Sequence record: NC_052656.1
DNA from: Escherichia phage anhysbys
Length of the DNA stretch: 64,000 nt
Strand: one strand, 5' to 3'
This document shows, in pieces, positions 8,624 through 16,393 of the stretch. The notes under the pieces are model-generated. The model was not told the DNA's origin, made no database searches, and saw nothing but the letters and a program-made list of their open reading frames with translations. Both the position numbers and the translations under genes were made by a program. The stretch's first letter is position 1; each line of letters opens with the position of its first letter.

Positions 8624-9832
8624 ATGAGTAAAGCTAAAAGTTGGGAAGAATATAAAGCAGAATGCGAGATCATAGCTCTCTCTAAAGGATATAAAATTTT
8701 AGGCCATAAAGAATGGAAAGGGTGTGAGACTAAACTCCTGATAGAATGTCCTGTGCACGGTGTATGGGATACTTGTAAAATAGCTAACTTTAAAAGTGGG
8801 AAGTCTTGCCCTTCTTGTGGTGAATTAACAAAAAGGGAGAAGAGAACGAAGAGCAGGGAGGACCAAGAGAAAGAGTGTGAAGAAGAAGCGTTAAAAAGAG
8901 GTTGGCGCTTCTTGGGTATCTACGGAGAATGGCTCAAAGCTAAAAAGACACGAGTAATCTTACGTTGTGACAGGGGTCACGAGTTTAACACATCTACCAT
9001 AGACAACTTTAAGAATAATAAACAAGGTTGTCCAGTTTGTCGTTTAGAGGATATAGGTAAACACCATAAGCTTTCAGACGATCAGCACATACAAGATTTC
9101 ATGCGTACGGGTGTGTTTCCCGAAGGCACTACCTTCACTAATACAGGGGAAAGAGCTGGGAGGAGCGAAATACTTTGGAGTGTATTTTGCCCTATCTGTG
9201 CTATAGATGAGTTTTCCAAAGCTGGGGTAGGAACGGGATATTTTATCGGTAGAGGTAGTTCATTAAAACAGGGTATGCGCCCTTGTCGTTGTTCTGCCAG
9301 TTACAAATATTCTGAAGAAGAGATGACATTTAGAGCAAAAAGTGACGTAGAACGTAGAGGGTACGTGTGGTTGGGGTGGATCGGGAAAGCTTCTATACTT
9401 GGGGATTTTGAATATGGTTGCAAGGATCATGGGAAACATGTGTGTAGTGCTAATAATTGGTTAAATAAGGGGTGTGGTTGCCCTGGTTGTGCAGGTATGA
9501 ATCAACAACAAGCCTACATTAATTATATTTACGATGAGCAAGATATTATCTGTGCACTGAAGTTTGGTATTGCTAATAATAGTGATCGCCGTATCAAAGA
9601 ACAAAATAGTCGTAATGTGTTTACTATGAAACAGAACCAAGTGTGGCACTTCCCTACTGTGAAGCAATGCAAAGATGCAGAGAAGCGTTGTAAACGTGTC
9701 CTTAACACGGAAGCGGTGAGCAAATATGCTATGCCAGATGGCTACACAGAAACAGTAGAGTTATCTTGCATGGCCTCAATACAAAACATTTATAAACTTT
9801 ATGGTGGAATATTACAGGAGGAAACATGTTAG
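8624..9832 (+). CDS. cysteine-rich zinc-ribbon repeat protein with C-terminal GIY-YIG-like segment
   Basis: Repeated C..HG...CP.CG / C.RGHEF...CPVCR modules; C-terminal YINYIYDEQD ... FGIANNSDRR resembles GIY / YIG+Arg motifs. Confidence 0.6.
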   Translation: MSKAKSWEEYKAECEIIALSKGYKILGHKEWKGCETKLLIECPVHGVWDTCKIANFKSGKSCPSCGELTKREKRTKSREDQEKECEEEALKRGWRFLGIYGEWLKAKKTRVILRCDRGHEFNTSTIDNFKNNKQGCPVCRLEDIGKHHKLSDDQHIQDFMRTGVFPEGTTFTNTGERAGRSEILWSVFCPICAIDEFSKAGVGTGYFIGRGSSLKQGMRPCRCSASYKYSEEEMTFRAKSDVERRGYVWLGWIGKASILGDFEYGCKDHGKHVCSANNWLNKGCGCPGCAGMNQQQAYINYIYDEQDIICALKFGIANNSDRRIKEQNSRNVFTMKQNQVWHFPTVKQCKDAEKRCKRVLNTEAVSKYAMPDGYTETVELSCMASIQNIYKLYGGILQEETC

Positions 9833-10191
9833 TTGACGTTCAAATTATGCGCAACGAAAGAATGGACTTCTTTGAAGCAGTAGAGAAACATCTGATTCGA
9901 TGGGACTATGAATTTGTTCCTGCTGGATGTGGACCAGTAGAGCATTTAGCGGAAGACGATGATGTATACATGATCATTCGTCAAGTGTACCAGACAGACC
10001 AGTGTGAAGAAACTCCTGAACTAATTTTGTTTGAGTGCAAAGATCTTGCAAAATATTTTGACTATGGCGGAAAAGAGGGTCATAATCTCTCCAGATACAA
10101 TAAACGTCTACTTATCTTAGACTACATGCGGAACAACAAACACAAACTCATCGACGCAGACGCAGTTTATGGCTACTGGTGGATGGATTAA
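9826..10191 (+). CDS. hypothetical protein
   Basis: ORF track 121 aa. Confidence 0.55.
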   Translation: MLVDVQIMRNERMDFFEAVEKHLIRWDYEFVPAGCGPVEHLAEDDDVYMIIRQVYQTDQCEETPELILFECKDLAKYFDYGGKEGHNLSRYNKRLLILDYMRNNKHKLIDADAVYGYWWMD

Positions 10192-10204
10192 CAAAGGAGA
10201 AACT

Positions 10205-10393
10205 ATGGCACGTTTAGCAGATAACCCTGTATTCTACCCCGTTCTTGATCTTTATGATGAATTGACATATGTTGTGGAGCGGTATAATTACAATGAAGAC
10301 CTCTTGGAGACAAACCTTAAAGTAGTTCTGATGAAAGCCTATCAGCAAGGGCAACGTGAAATTTTGGAGAGTATGAAAAATGCGAATAACTGA
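10205..10393 (+). CDS. hypothetical protein
   Basis: Track frame; start refined to MARLADNP after AAAGGAG. Confidence 0.5.
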   Translation: MARLADNPVFYPVLDLYDELTYVVERYNYNEDLLETNLKVVLMKAYQQGQREILESMKNANN

Positions 10394-10922
10394 TGAATAT
10401 GTATTCTTCTTTTCACATAAAGATGTGTTTAGTAATTGGTATATTGCACCCTTTACAGAAACCGAACCAGGTTACAATCAGACATTTAATTGTGTCGAAC
10501 AATACATGATGTGGCGTAAAGCTTTGCTTTTTAATGATCACAACACTGCACAGGCTATTCTGACTCATAGTTTGATACGGAAAGATGAGAAGATCCAAGC
10601 TTATTACAAACGTATGGGTAGGGCAGTGTCAGATTTTGATAACAACGTATGGGAAGAGAACCGTGAGCGTATTGTTATGCGAGGTTTATGCTTGAAATAT
10701 GTACAGAATCCAGATTTGTATGCAGACTTACACCTTTACCAATACAAAACGTTTGTTGAAGCAAGTCCTTACGATAAGGTTTACGGTATTGGAATGGGAA
10801 TGTATGAACCAGGGGTGCTAAATCCGGTCAACTGGAAAGGGCAAAATCTTTTAGGTAAATATCATAACAAACTGATCGAAATACTTTTCCCAGACAAAAT
10901 ACCGCAGAGACGATATTTGTGA
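10380..10922 (+). CDS. NADAR-domain (YbiA-like) protein
   Basis: FSN(W/F), CVEQYMMWRKA, MGR, Y(D/G)IGMG and LLGKYH.. blocks align with E. coli YbiA family from memory. Confidence 0.75.
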   Translation: MRITDEYVFFFSHKDVFSNWYIAPFTETEPGYNQTFNCVEQYMMWRKALLFNDHNTAQAILTHSLIRKDEKIQAYYKRMGRAVSDFDNNVWEENRERIVMRGLCLKYVQNPDLYADLHLYQYKTFVEASPYDKVYGIGMGMYEPGVLNPVNWKGQNLLGKYHNKLIEILFPDKIPQRRYL

Positions 10923-10976
10923 TATTTTAACTTTTTTCATTTTTAGAACAAAGGCGTCACTTTGTAGCACAGAAAT

Positions 10977-11012
10977 AAGGCTCCTACAGCACCGTAGAGA
11001 GCCTATTATTTT
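10977..11012 (+). terminator. rho-independent terminator
   Basis: AGGCTCCTAC...GTAGAGAGCCT stem then ATTATTTT, after NADAR gene. Confidence 0.55.
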
Positions 11013-11166
11013 GTCCTATACAAACCCTTGTCTTTTTCAGTTTGCATCACTAGGATTCGATCTGAGTGGGTTCCTGAAGGTCTGCCAATAAGATTAAAGG
11101 TTATCTCAAATTCCCATTACCTATTATCTCAAAAATCCCTCAAATTATTTAAACTTTTTAAGAATT

Positions 11167-11212
11167 TACAAAAGTGAAAGTTGAAAACCAAAATTTAAAG
11201 TTTAGGAAAATT
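11167..11212 (+). repeat. AT-rich ~45-bp direct repeat, copy 1
   Basis: TTACAAAAGTGAAAGTTGAAAACCAAAATTTAAAGTTTAGGAAAATT. Confidence 0.6.
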
Positions 11213-11303
11213 ATCTTAAAATGTTAGATACAAAACAAAACTCAAAAGTCAAGGAAAATTTTAAAAATTTTGCGCGCCCACAGTATTTAAAGTTTTTTTG
11301 CTT

Positions 11304-11350
11304 TTACAAAAATGAAAGTACAAAAGCAAAATTTAAAGTTTACAAAAATT
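11304..11350 (+). repeat. AT-rich ~45-bp direct repeat, copy 2
   Basis: TTACAAAAATGAAAGTACAAAAGCAAAATTTAAAGTTTACAAAAATT. Confidence 0.6.
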
Positions 11351-11389
11351 TATGCAGATGGGGATGAGAAGAGTTCTCATGTGGAAATG

Positions 11390-11470
11390 CAAATGATAAT
11401 GATTCGCATTTAGGTTTATAAATGAGAATGATTCTTATTTAATAAAGTAAATGATAATCATTCTCATTTA
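11390..11470 (+). promoter_or_regulatory. three tandem Fur-box-like 21-bp palindromic sites
   Basis: AAATGATAATGATTCGCATTT / AAATGAGAATGATTCTTATTT / AAATGATAATCATTCTCATTT, about 30 bp apart. Confidence 0.5.
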
Positions 11471-11727
11471 GAGAATGACGCGCAGGGGCGGTGTTTGTCT
11501 CGCGCTCCCGTGTCCCCTCGCCATGTAATAAGAATAACAGATCCAACCAGGAAAGCAAGCGATTATTTTATCTTTACATTTCTTTACGAATATATAGCGC
11601 CCAGCCTACCGGCGATCAACCTTCCAACCAGTGCCCCTGGTATGTTAGCCCCGCCTTTACGCCGTGGGGTGGCGCTTCCTCTTCTGTATGTAAAACAGTA
11701 TAAGCCCTATCCCTGGGCTTGTCAAGA

Positions 11728-11994
11728 TTATTTTTTGTTTTCTTGCCAGGTCAGGACACCTAGCCAAAAATGAATATCACCTTTTCCCCAATGTGGTATA
11801 TTGCTTTCTTTCCCACCTTCACGCGCCCAGGTAAAACCGCCCGTGTAACTTTGTAATTGATAACTATCCTCGACCTTATAATCTGATAGGTTGAGAACGG
11901 TTTCAACCTTTAAGCCCGTTGCGCTTGCTACCTGGTGTACCGTGCCGCCTTGCCAGCCCAATGAGTGCATAAGGTGTAATGTAGTAGTTGTCAT
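11728..11994 (-). CDS. hypothetical protein in GC-rich island (doubtful)
   Basis: ORF track 88 aa; atypical GC-rich composition; isolated on minus strand. Confidence 0.25.
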   Translation of the reverse strand: MTTTTLHLMHSLGWQGGTVHQVASATGLKVETVLNLSDYKVEDSYQLQSYTGGFTWAREGGKESNIPHWGKGDIHFWLGVLTWQENKK

Positions 11995-12104
11995 GGTATC
12001 GCCCTTTCTTTGTTGTGCGCCCTGGTTGGCGCGGTAGAAAGATGATAGCCTTTTCCTTTATATATAGCAAGCAAAAAGAAAATAAAAAAGATTGAAAAAG
12101 TGGT

Positions 12105-12132
12105 TGACGTTCCTCACCTGGTAGCGTAGTAT
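12105..12132 (+). promoter_or_regulatory. candidate promoter for first gene of plus array
   Basis: TTGACG-16-TAGTAT; ~130 nt leader to ATG 12268. Confidence 0.4.
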
Positions 12133-12267
12133 TCATCTTGTCGAGGGGGGCGCGGCACAACGACAATAAACAACAGGAGGGCGCAATGTAGGACGGGCAA
12201 AGGTGAGGATCTCCATAATCCACCGTCAACCAACAAAAAACATCATTCATCACCTGGAGTTAAAATC

Positions 12268-12465
12268 ATGGCAACATTGCACATAGTAGCGAAAGCAGGA
12301 CAAATCAGCGTCGTGGTAAACGGTTTTACTGAGTTCAGTCATCCCCAGGATGATCATGAAACGGTTTTATCTTTCATTGATTCCCTGTTAGAAATGGGAG
12401 TCATTACAGAAGACCAGCACGCTACAAAGTGCAAGCGCGTTAATCAAATTGCAGGGATAGAATAA
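12268..12465 (+). CDS. hypothetical protein
   Basis: ORF track 65 aa; GGAG RBS; first gene of plus array. Confidence 0.5.
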   Translation: MATLHIVAKAGQISVVVNGFTEFSHPQDDHETVLSFIDSLLEMGVITEDQHATKCKRVNQIAGIE

Positions 12466-12471
12466 AAAGTA

Positions 12472-12530
12472 TTGACAACAAACAACAACCTGATAAGATG
12501 TATCACATAGGGCGGGAAGTGGTTTCCCGC
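12472..12530 (+). promoter_or_regulatory. promoter + 5' stem-loop cassette (PeSL-like)
   Basis: TTGACA, -10 TAAGAT, then GCGGGAA-GTGGT-TTCCCGC hairpin before gene 12556. Confidence 0.6.
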
Positions 12531-12555
12531 TCGTAACAGAAGAGAGATTATCATC

Positions 12556-12828
12556 ATGGCATCATATAGCGCAACAATGATCGTAGCTGGCACAACTGGT
12601 AAACCTATGAGCGGTGGCGGATCTTTCGCTAATATCAACATTGACGGGCGTTTATCCCTGGACGCAGCGATCACCGTGGCGCGGGAAACATTTAAGAAAG
12701 AATGTAAATTCAATAAACAAGATTATCTCGGTTTCGCTATTGAAAAAACCGCGCGTTTTGTTGATTATAAAAGCCCAAAAATGGTTGATACTACACTAAA
12801 AGCGCAAGATGTAGCGTTTTTGCTTTAA
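12556..12828 (+). CDS. hypothetical protein
   Basis: ORF track 90 aa; preceded by promoter/stem-loop cassette. Confidence 0.6.
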   Translation: MASYSATMIVAGTTGKPMSGGGSFANINIDGRLSLDAAITVARETFKKECKFNKQDYLGFAIEKTARFVDYKSPKMVDTTLKAQDVAFLL

Positions 12829-12831
12829 GGC

Positions 12832-12886
12832 TTGACATTAACGAATAATTTGTTAATATGTTACATAAAGCGGGAATAGTTCCCGC
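12832..12886 (+). promoter_or_regulatory. promoter + 5' stem-loop cassette
   Basis: TTGACA, TTAATAT, GCGGGAA-TAG-TTCCCGC. Confidence 0.6.
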
Positions 12887-12904
12887 TATTTGTAAGGTGG
12901 TAGA

Positions 12905-13162
12905 ATGTTTTACATCAAATTAAAAGGTCACGTGATCGCGTTCAAAGATAACGCTTTTTACAGATTAGCAAAATATGCGTTAATACATCCCCACTATGTT
13001 TATATAAGGGGGCGTGATGAAATAAATATCTTTGATCAAACAACATGCGAGAACATCGAGATCCGCAAGGTTGGCGTACGTGATTATCGTACATCTTTCT
13101 ACCCTTGCAAGGATTCAGCAAGTCTTTTTAAAGTATGCCAATTGTTGAAAAAAGGTGGTTAA
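12905..13162 (+). CDS. hypothetical protein
   Basis: ORF track 85 aa; cassette upstream. Confidence 0.55.
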   Translation: MFYIKLKGHVIAFKDNAFYRLAKYALIHPHYVYIRGRDEINIFDQTTCENIEIRKVGVRDYRTSFYPCKDSASLFKVCQLLKKGG

Positions 13163-13721
13163 TATGGGCCGCGAATATGTGATCCAGTCTTGGGTAAAAC
13201 ATGAAGCAGATGATCCGCGCATCGTTCCCGATCATCTTATCGATGAATCCACGGGATATAGCGGTGAGCAAATAGGTAACAGATTAGCACGTAGTAACGG
13301 CAACGTAAAAGCGCGTTATGTGCGCCCTGGTTGGCTGGCAAATGGTAACGCTGATTTATCCAGTGCGGAAGATGCGAGCGACGGCGCGAAAGATAATCCT
13401 TTGTACAAAATTGATCCGGCTTTTCGTGTCCTGGATGAATACCCCAGCAAGATAGCGGCGCTTGATGAAGCTCTGGAAAGTAAGCGCATCACCTGGACCG
13501 CTTACAACATGGCAAAAAACGTACTTGATGGTAAATTGATTCAAGCCGAAAGAAAATTAGCCAAAATTGCAGCCATAGCCCAGGAGGAAGACGAGGAGAC
13601 AACGGAAGAGGAAGAGTACGAAGAGATCCCGCCGTTGTTGTGTGTTGATGCTTTTCCTGATTATCAGCCGACAGAGGAAGAAAAAAGGATCGCACTAGAA
13701 AACTTTGAAAATAGTCTTTGA
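13155..13721 (+). CDS. hypothetical protein with acidic C-terminus
   Basis: ORF track 188 aa. Confidence 0.6.
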   Translation: MVNMGREYVIQSWVKHEADDPRIVPDHLIDESTGYSGEQIGNRLARSNGNVKARYVRPGWLANGNADLSSAEDASDGAKDNPLYKIDPAFRVLDEYPSKIAALDEALESKRITWTAYNMAKNVLDGKLIQAERKLAKIAAIAQEEDEETTEEEEYEEIPPLLCVDAFPDYQPTEEEKRIALENFENSL

Positions 13722-13775
13722 CATATCGCCGCCACTGGCATAATATTTACCACGTAGGGCGGCAATGGTGCCGCT
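13718..13775 (+). promoter_or_regulatory. promoter + 5' stem-loop cassette
   Basis: TTGACA, CATAAT, GGCGGCA-ATGG-TGCCGC. Confidence 0.6.
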
Positions 13776-13783
13776 CATAGTGA

Positions 13784-13879
13784 AATTATGCAAGAGGTTT
13801 ACAATGATTAATAAAGAAAATAGCTTGACGGTTGGAACGATTAACGCTATCATTTTCGCCGTTCCATTTTGGGTTGTAG
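13784..13879 (+). CDS. tiny hydrophobic protein (~31 aa)
   Basis: Own translation MINKENSLTVGTINAIIFAVPFWVVVAAIIF; sits between two cassettes. Confidence 0.4.
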
Positions 13880-13887
13880 TAGCGGCT

Positions 13888-13949
13888 ATTATTTTCTAAA
13901 AAATATTCTTGACAACGTTTTTTAATCTGATAAGATGTATCACATAGGG
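13888..13949 (+). promoter_or_regulatory. promoter + 5' stem-loop cassette
   Basis: TTGACA, TAAGAT, GGCGGCGGAA-TAC-TTCCCCGCC. Confidence 0.6.
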
Positions 13950-13989
13950 CGGCGGAATACTTCCCCGCCAAAACAAAAAGGGTAACACA

Positions 13990-14352
13990 ATGAGCAAGCA
14001 AATTAATACTATCATGTTTAATCTGGTATCTTTCCGCGACGATATGAAAAATTTACCACGTGAAACGGTTGATATTCATGTTTCAGCTTATCGCGCCCTT
14101 ATTGACATGTTACCGCTAAAACGTGATCAATATGCCGCTAACACGATGCTTAATGCTATGCTTAAAAAGATGATTCAAACGGATCTCACCCTAGCGTATG
14201 AGTATCAAGGGCGCTTATATGCAACTTATAACAAGGCGGTACCTGGTCTGGGAAGTACCGAAGAGTTGCACGGCTTAAACCTGGATCAAAACACTTGGGA
14301 TAGTATGCGCCGCGTTATGGTATGGGCCGAAAGCGGTAAAATTTACGAATAA
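13990..14352 (+). CDS. hypothetical protein
   Basis: ORF track 120 aa; cassette upstream. Confidence 0.6.
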   Translation: MSKQINTIMFNLVSFRDDMKNLPRETVDIHVSAYRALIDMLPLKRDQYAANTMLNAMLKKMIQTDLTLAYEYQGRLYATYNKAVPGLGSTEELHGLNLDQNTWDSMRRVMVWAESGKIYE

Positions 14353-14358
14353 AAACGG

Positions 14359-14417
14359 TTGACACTGTTTAAACTTCTGGTATAGTTTACCACATAGGGC
14401 GGGAAGTGGTTTCCCGC
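14359..14417 (+). promoter_or_regulatory. promoter + 5' stem-loop cassette
   Basis: TTGACA, TATAGT, GCGGGAA-GTGGT-TTCCCGC. Confidence 0.6.
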
Positions 14418-14440
14418 CAACAATGAAAAAGGTTATCATC

Positions 14441-14806
14441 ATGGCTATTAATATTAATGTTTCCGCTTATGCTACCCTGGCTGCCACGGCTAAAATTGAA
14501 TTGTCCAGCATTGAGGCGGTGCACATTAGCGCCCGTCGCTGGTTTCAACAGTCTTACGGTAACACATATTTTTCTTTAATGGTTGACGTTGAGATCGGCG
14601 GTAAACTGATCGAGGTGGTTAACGTTCCGTTTCAATATGGCTATGGTGATCATTTTGATACCGTCGCCCTGGAAGAATTTAGCAAGGTTATTAATATGGA
14701 AGGTAAAGAGTTTTCACGCGGCGCGTATCTTTCCCGTTTTTGCCGTGACAATGGGATCACTGTATACAGTCATGCGAGCGATGTTAAACGTAAAAAAGAT
14801 TTATAA
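14441..14806 (+). CDS. hypothetical protein
   Basis: Track frame 14423-14806; start refined to MAININ (pattern ..ATCATCATGGC shared with other array genes). Confidence 0.6.
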   Translation: MAININVSAYATLAATAKIELSSIEAVHISARRWFQQSYGNTYFSLMVDVEIGGKLIEVVNVPFQYGYGDHFDTVALEEFSKVINMEGKEFSRGAYLSRFCRDNGITVYSHASDVKRKKDL

Positions 14807-14813
14807 AAAGCAT

Positions 14814-14872
14814 TGACAGCACGAATAAAAAGAGTAAACTGTATTACATAGAGAGCGGGAACACTTCCCGCC
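14814..14872 (+). promoter_or_regulatory. promoter + 5' stem-loop cassette
   Basis: TTGACA, TAAACT, GCGGGAA-CAC-TTCCCGC. Confidence 0.6.
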
Positions 14873-14895
14873 TCACTGAAAAAGAGAGAAAAATC

Positions 14896-15135
14896 ATGGC
14901 TAAATCTAAAATGTACAACGGTCACAAAAACAAAACTCATTGGAATGTAAACCTTTGGATTAATAACGATGAATCGTTATACCGGTTGGCCCAAGATTTT
15001 ATTAACGCTAATGCTAATCGTAATGATGCGGCGCGGGATATGATGCTTTTTCTGGAACAAACTGGACAAGATAAAACGCCAGACGGTTTCAAATATAGCA
15101 CTACTGCGATCCGTGCCGCGATGGTTGGAATGTAA
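14896..15135 (+). CDS. hypothetical protein
   Basis: ORF track 79 aa; cassette upstream. Confidence 0.6.
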   Translation: MAKSKMYNGHKNKTHWNVNLWINNDESLYRLAQDFINANANRNDAARDMMLFLEQTGQDKTPDGFKYSTTAIRAAMVGM

Positions 15136-15144
15136 TAAAAACAG

Positions 15145-15203
15145 TTGACAACGTTTAAAATTAGTGTAAGATGTATCACATAGGGCGGGAAGTGGTTTCC
15201 CGC
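15145..15203 (+). promoter_or_regulatory. promoter + 5' stem-loop cassette
   Basis: TTGACA, TAAGAT, GCGGGAA-GTGGT-TTCCCGC (same as 12472 copy). Confidence 0.6.
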
Positions 15204-15225
15204 CAAAACAGAGAGATTAAAGATT

Positions 15226-15453
15226 ATGGCTATCAATATTGTTCGCGTATCTGGCACCGTTGGCACTTCCCAGGTCATTGCCGTTGTAACAAACAAAAAG
15301 ATTAATGATGTATGTGAGATCTTGAATAAGTGGGCTGTTGCTAATTTTGGGGAATATGCAAGCGTTGAGTACATCGAATCCTACCAGGTGCCAACCATCA
15401 GCCTAACCGATCTCAACGTTGATCGCCTGTTATGCCTGGACGAATTAATCTGA
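15226..15453 (+). CDS. hypothetical protein
   Basis: ORF track 75 aa; cassette upstream. Confidence 0.6.
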   Translation: MAINIVRVSGTVGTSQVIAVVTNKKINDVCEILNKWAVANFGEYASVEYIESYQVPTISLTDLNVDRLLCLDELI

Positions 15454-15462
15454 AAAAGATTG

Positions 15463-15519
15463 TTGACACCGGAAAGAAAAAGAGTAAACTGTATTACGTA
15501 GGGCGGCAATGGTGCCGCT
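15463..15519 (+). promoter_or_regulatory. promoter + 5' stem-loop cassette
   Basis: TTGACA, TAAACT, GGCGGCA-ATGG-TGCCGC. Confidence 0.6.
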
Positions 15520-15543
15520 CACAACAGAAGAGAGATTATTACG

Positions 15544-15759
15544 ATGGCCAATATCCGCACACTGTTAAAAAATGCAAGTCAAGTTTTATTTTCAGATGAC
15601 GAGTATTTCAATAAAGACATTACAGGCGTAAAAAATCTTAAAGATGTAAAGGATGTGATAGGTATTCGCGGATCTTTACGTAAAGGTGACTACTACGGCA
15701 ATAAAGTACAATATAAATTAAATCAGTCTTATGATTTTACTTTGACAATTATTTCATAA
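15544..15759 (+). CDS. hypothetical protein
   Basis: ORF track 71 aa; cassette upstream. Confidence 0.55.
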   Translation: MANIRTLLKNASQVLFSDDEYFNKDITGVKNLKDVKDVIGIRGSLRKGDYYGNKVQYKLNQSYDFTLTIIS

Positions 15760-15764
15760 AACCG

Positions 15765-15827
15765 CTTGCAATCTTAATAAAATAAAGTAAACTGTATTAC
15801 ATCAAGGCGGCGGAATGGTCCACCGCC
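15765..15827 (+). promoter_or_regulatory. promoter + 5' stem-loop cassette
   Basis: CTTGCA, TAAACT, GGCGGCGGA-ATGG-TCCACCGCC. Confidence 0.55.
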
Positions 15828-15851
15828 TAACAAAGAGAAGAGGAAAACACC

Positions 15852-16019
15852 ATGATCACTTTCGCTACCCGTGAAGCCGCTCGCAACGTTGCCCGTAAAG
15901 TTAACGCCGCCAACCTGGGCGCTACGTTTAAAGCACCTGTAAAAGATGAATCAGGAAAATGGATCTTCCCTGGTCTGCGTCACGCTGATAAGCTAGGCAC
16001 TTTAAGCCTTAAAAAATAA
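15852..16019 (+). CDS. small hypothetical protein (~55 aa)
   Basis: Own translation MITFATREAARNVARKVNAANLG...; cassette upstream; shares 5' leader and first codons with 16094 gene. Confidence 0.45.
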   Translation: MITFATREAARNVARKVNAANLGATFKAPVKDESGKWIFPGLRHADKLGTLSLKK

Positions 16020-16022
16020 TCG

Positions 16023-16059
16023 TTGACTTTTCGTTATAGCGCCTTATAATGGGCGCTAT
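16023..16059 (+). promoter_or_regulatory. near-consensus sigma70 promoter with -10 inside a palindrome
   Basis: TTGACT-16-TATAAT; inverted repeat ATAGCGCC-TTATAATG-GGCGCTAT encloses -10. Confidence 0.6.
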
Positions 16060-16093
16060 AGAGAAGAGAAACCACTACTGACAAGGAAACACC

Positions 16094-16315
16094 ATGATCA
16101 CTTTCGCTATTGTCGCCGTTGTTGCTGGTCAAGTTTACGTAAACGATACATTCACCACAGAAGACAAGGCCGCAGGAGATATAACCGCCGTTTACAACGA
16201 GTGCAAGGCAGTAGAAAGGATGTTAGCGCCTTGTATGTTAATGAGTGAACGCCAGGACGGGATAACAGTGTTTACTAACATTGAGACAGGGTACCAAATG
16301 GTAGTAACAAAATAA
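16094..16315 (+). CDS. hypothetical protein
   Basis: ORF track 73 aa; TTGACT-16-TATAAT promoter upstream. Confidence 0.55.
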   Translation: MITFAIVAVVAGQVYVNDTFTTEDKAAGDITAVYNECKAVERMLAPCMLMSERQDGITVFTNIETGYQMVVTK

Positions 16316-16318
16316 AGC

Positions 16319-16375
16319 TTGACACGGATTTAATTTTCAGTAAACTGTTACACGTAGGGCGGGAATAGTTCCCGC
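16319..16375 (+). promoter_or_regulatory. promoter + 5' stem-loop cassette
   Basis: TTGACA, TAAACT, GCGGGAA-TAG-TTCCCGC. Confidence 0.6.
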
Positions 16376-16393
16376 TAAAAAGAGAGAAAAACC

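Noticed and set aside
11491-12253. ORFs 11491-11703, 11495-11773 (plus) and 11903-12253 (minus) in the GC-rich island
   Set aside because: Pro/Ser/Arg-rich low-complexity translations typical of GC-rich non-coding DNA, mutually overlapping, no RBS. Only 11728-11994 is kept, at low confidence.
13786-15374. Minus-strand ORFs inside the plus-strand array (13786-14001, 14937-15374, 16337-16531, 16653-16859, 18070-18380)
   Set aside because: They overlap well-supported plus-strand genes and promoter cassettes, lack RBSs and run against the uniform transcription direction; most likely antisense frame artefacts.
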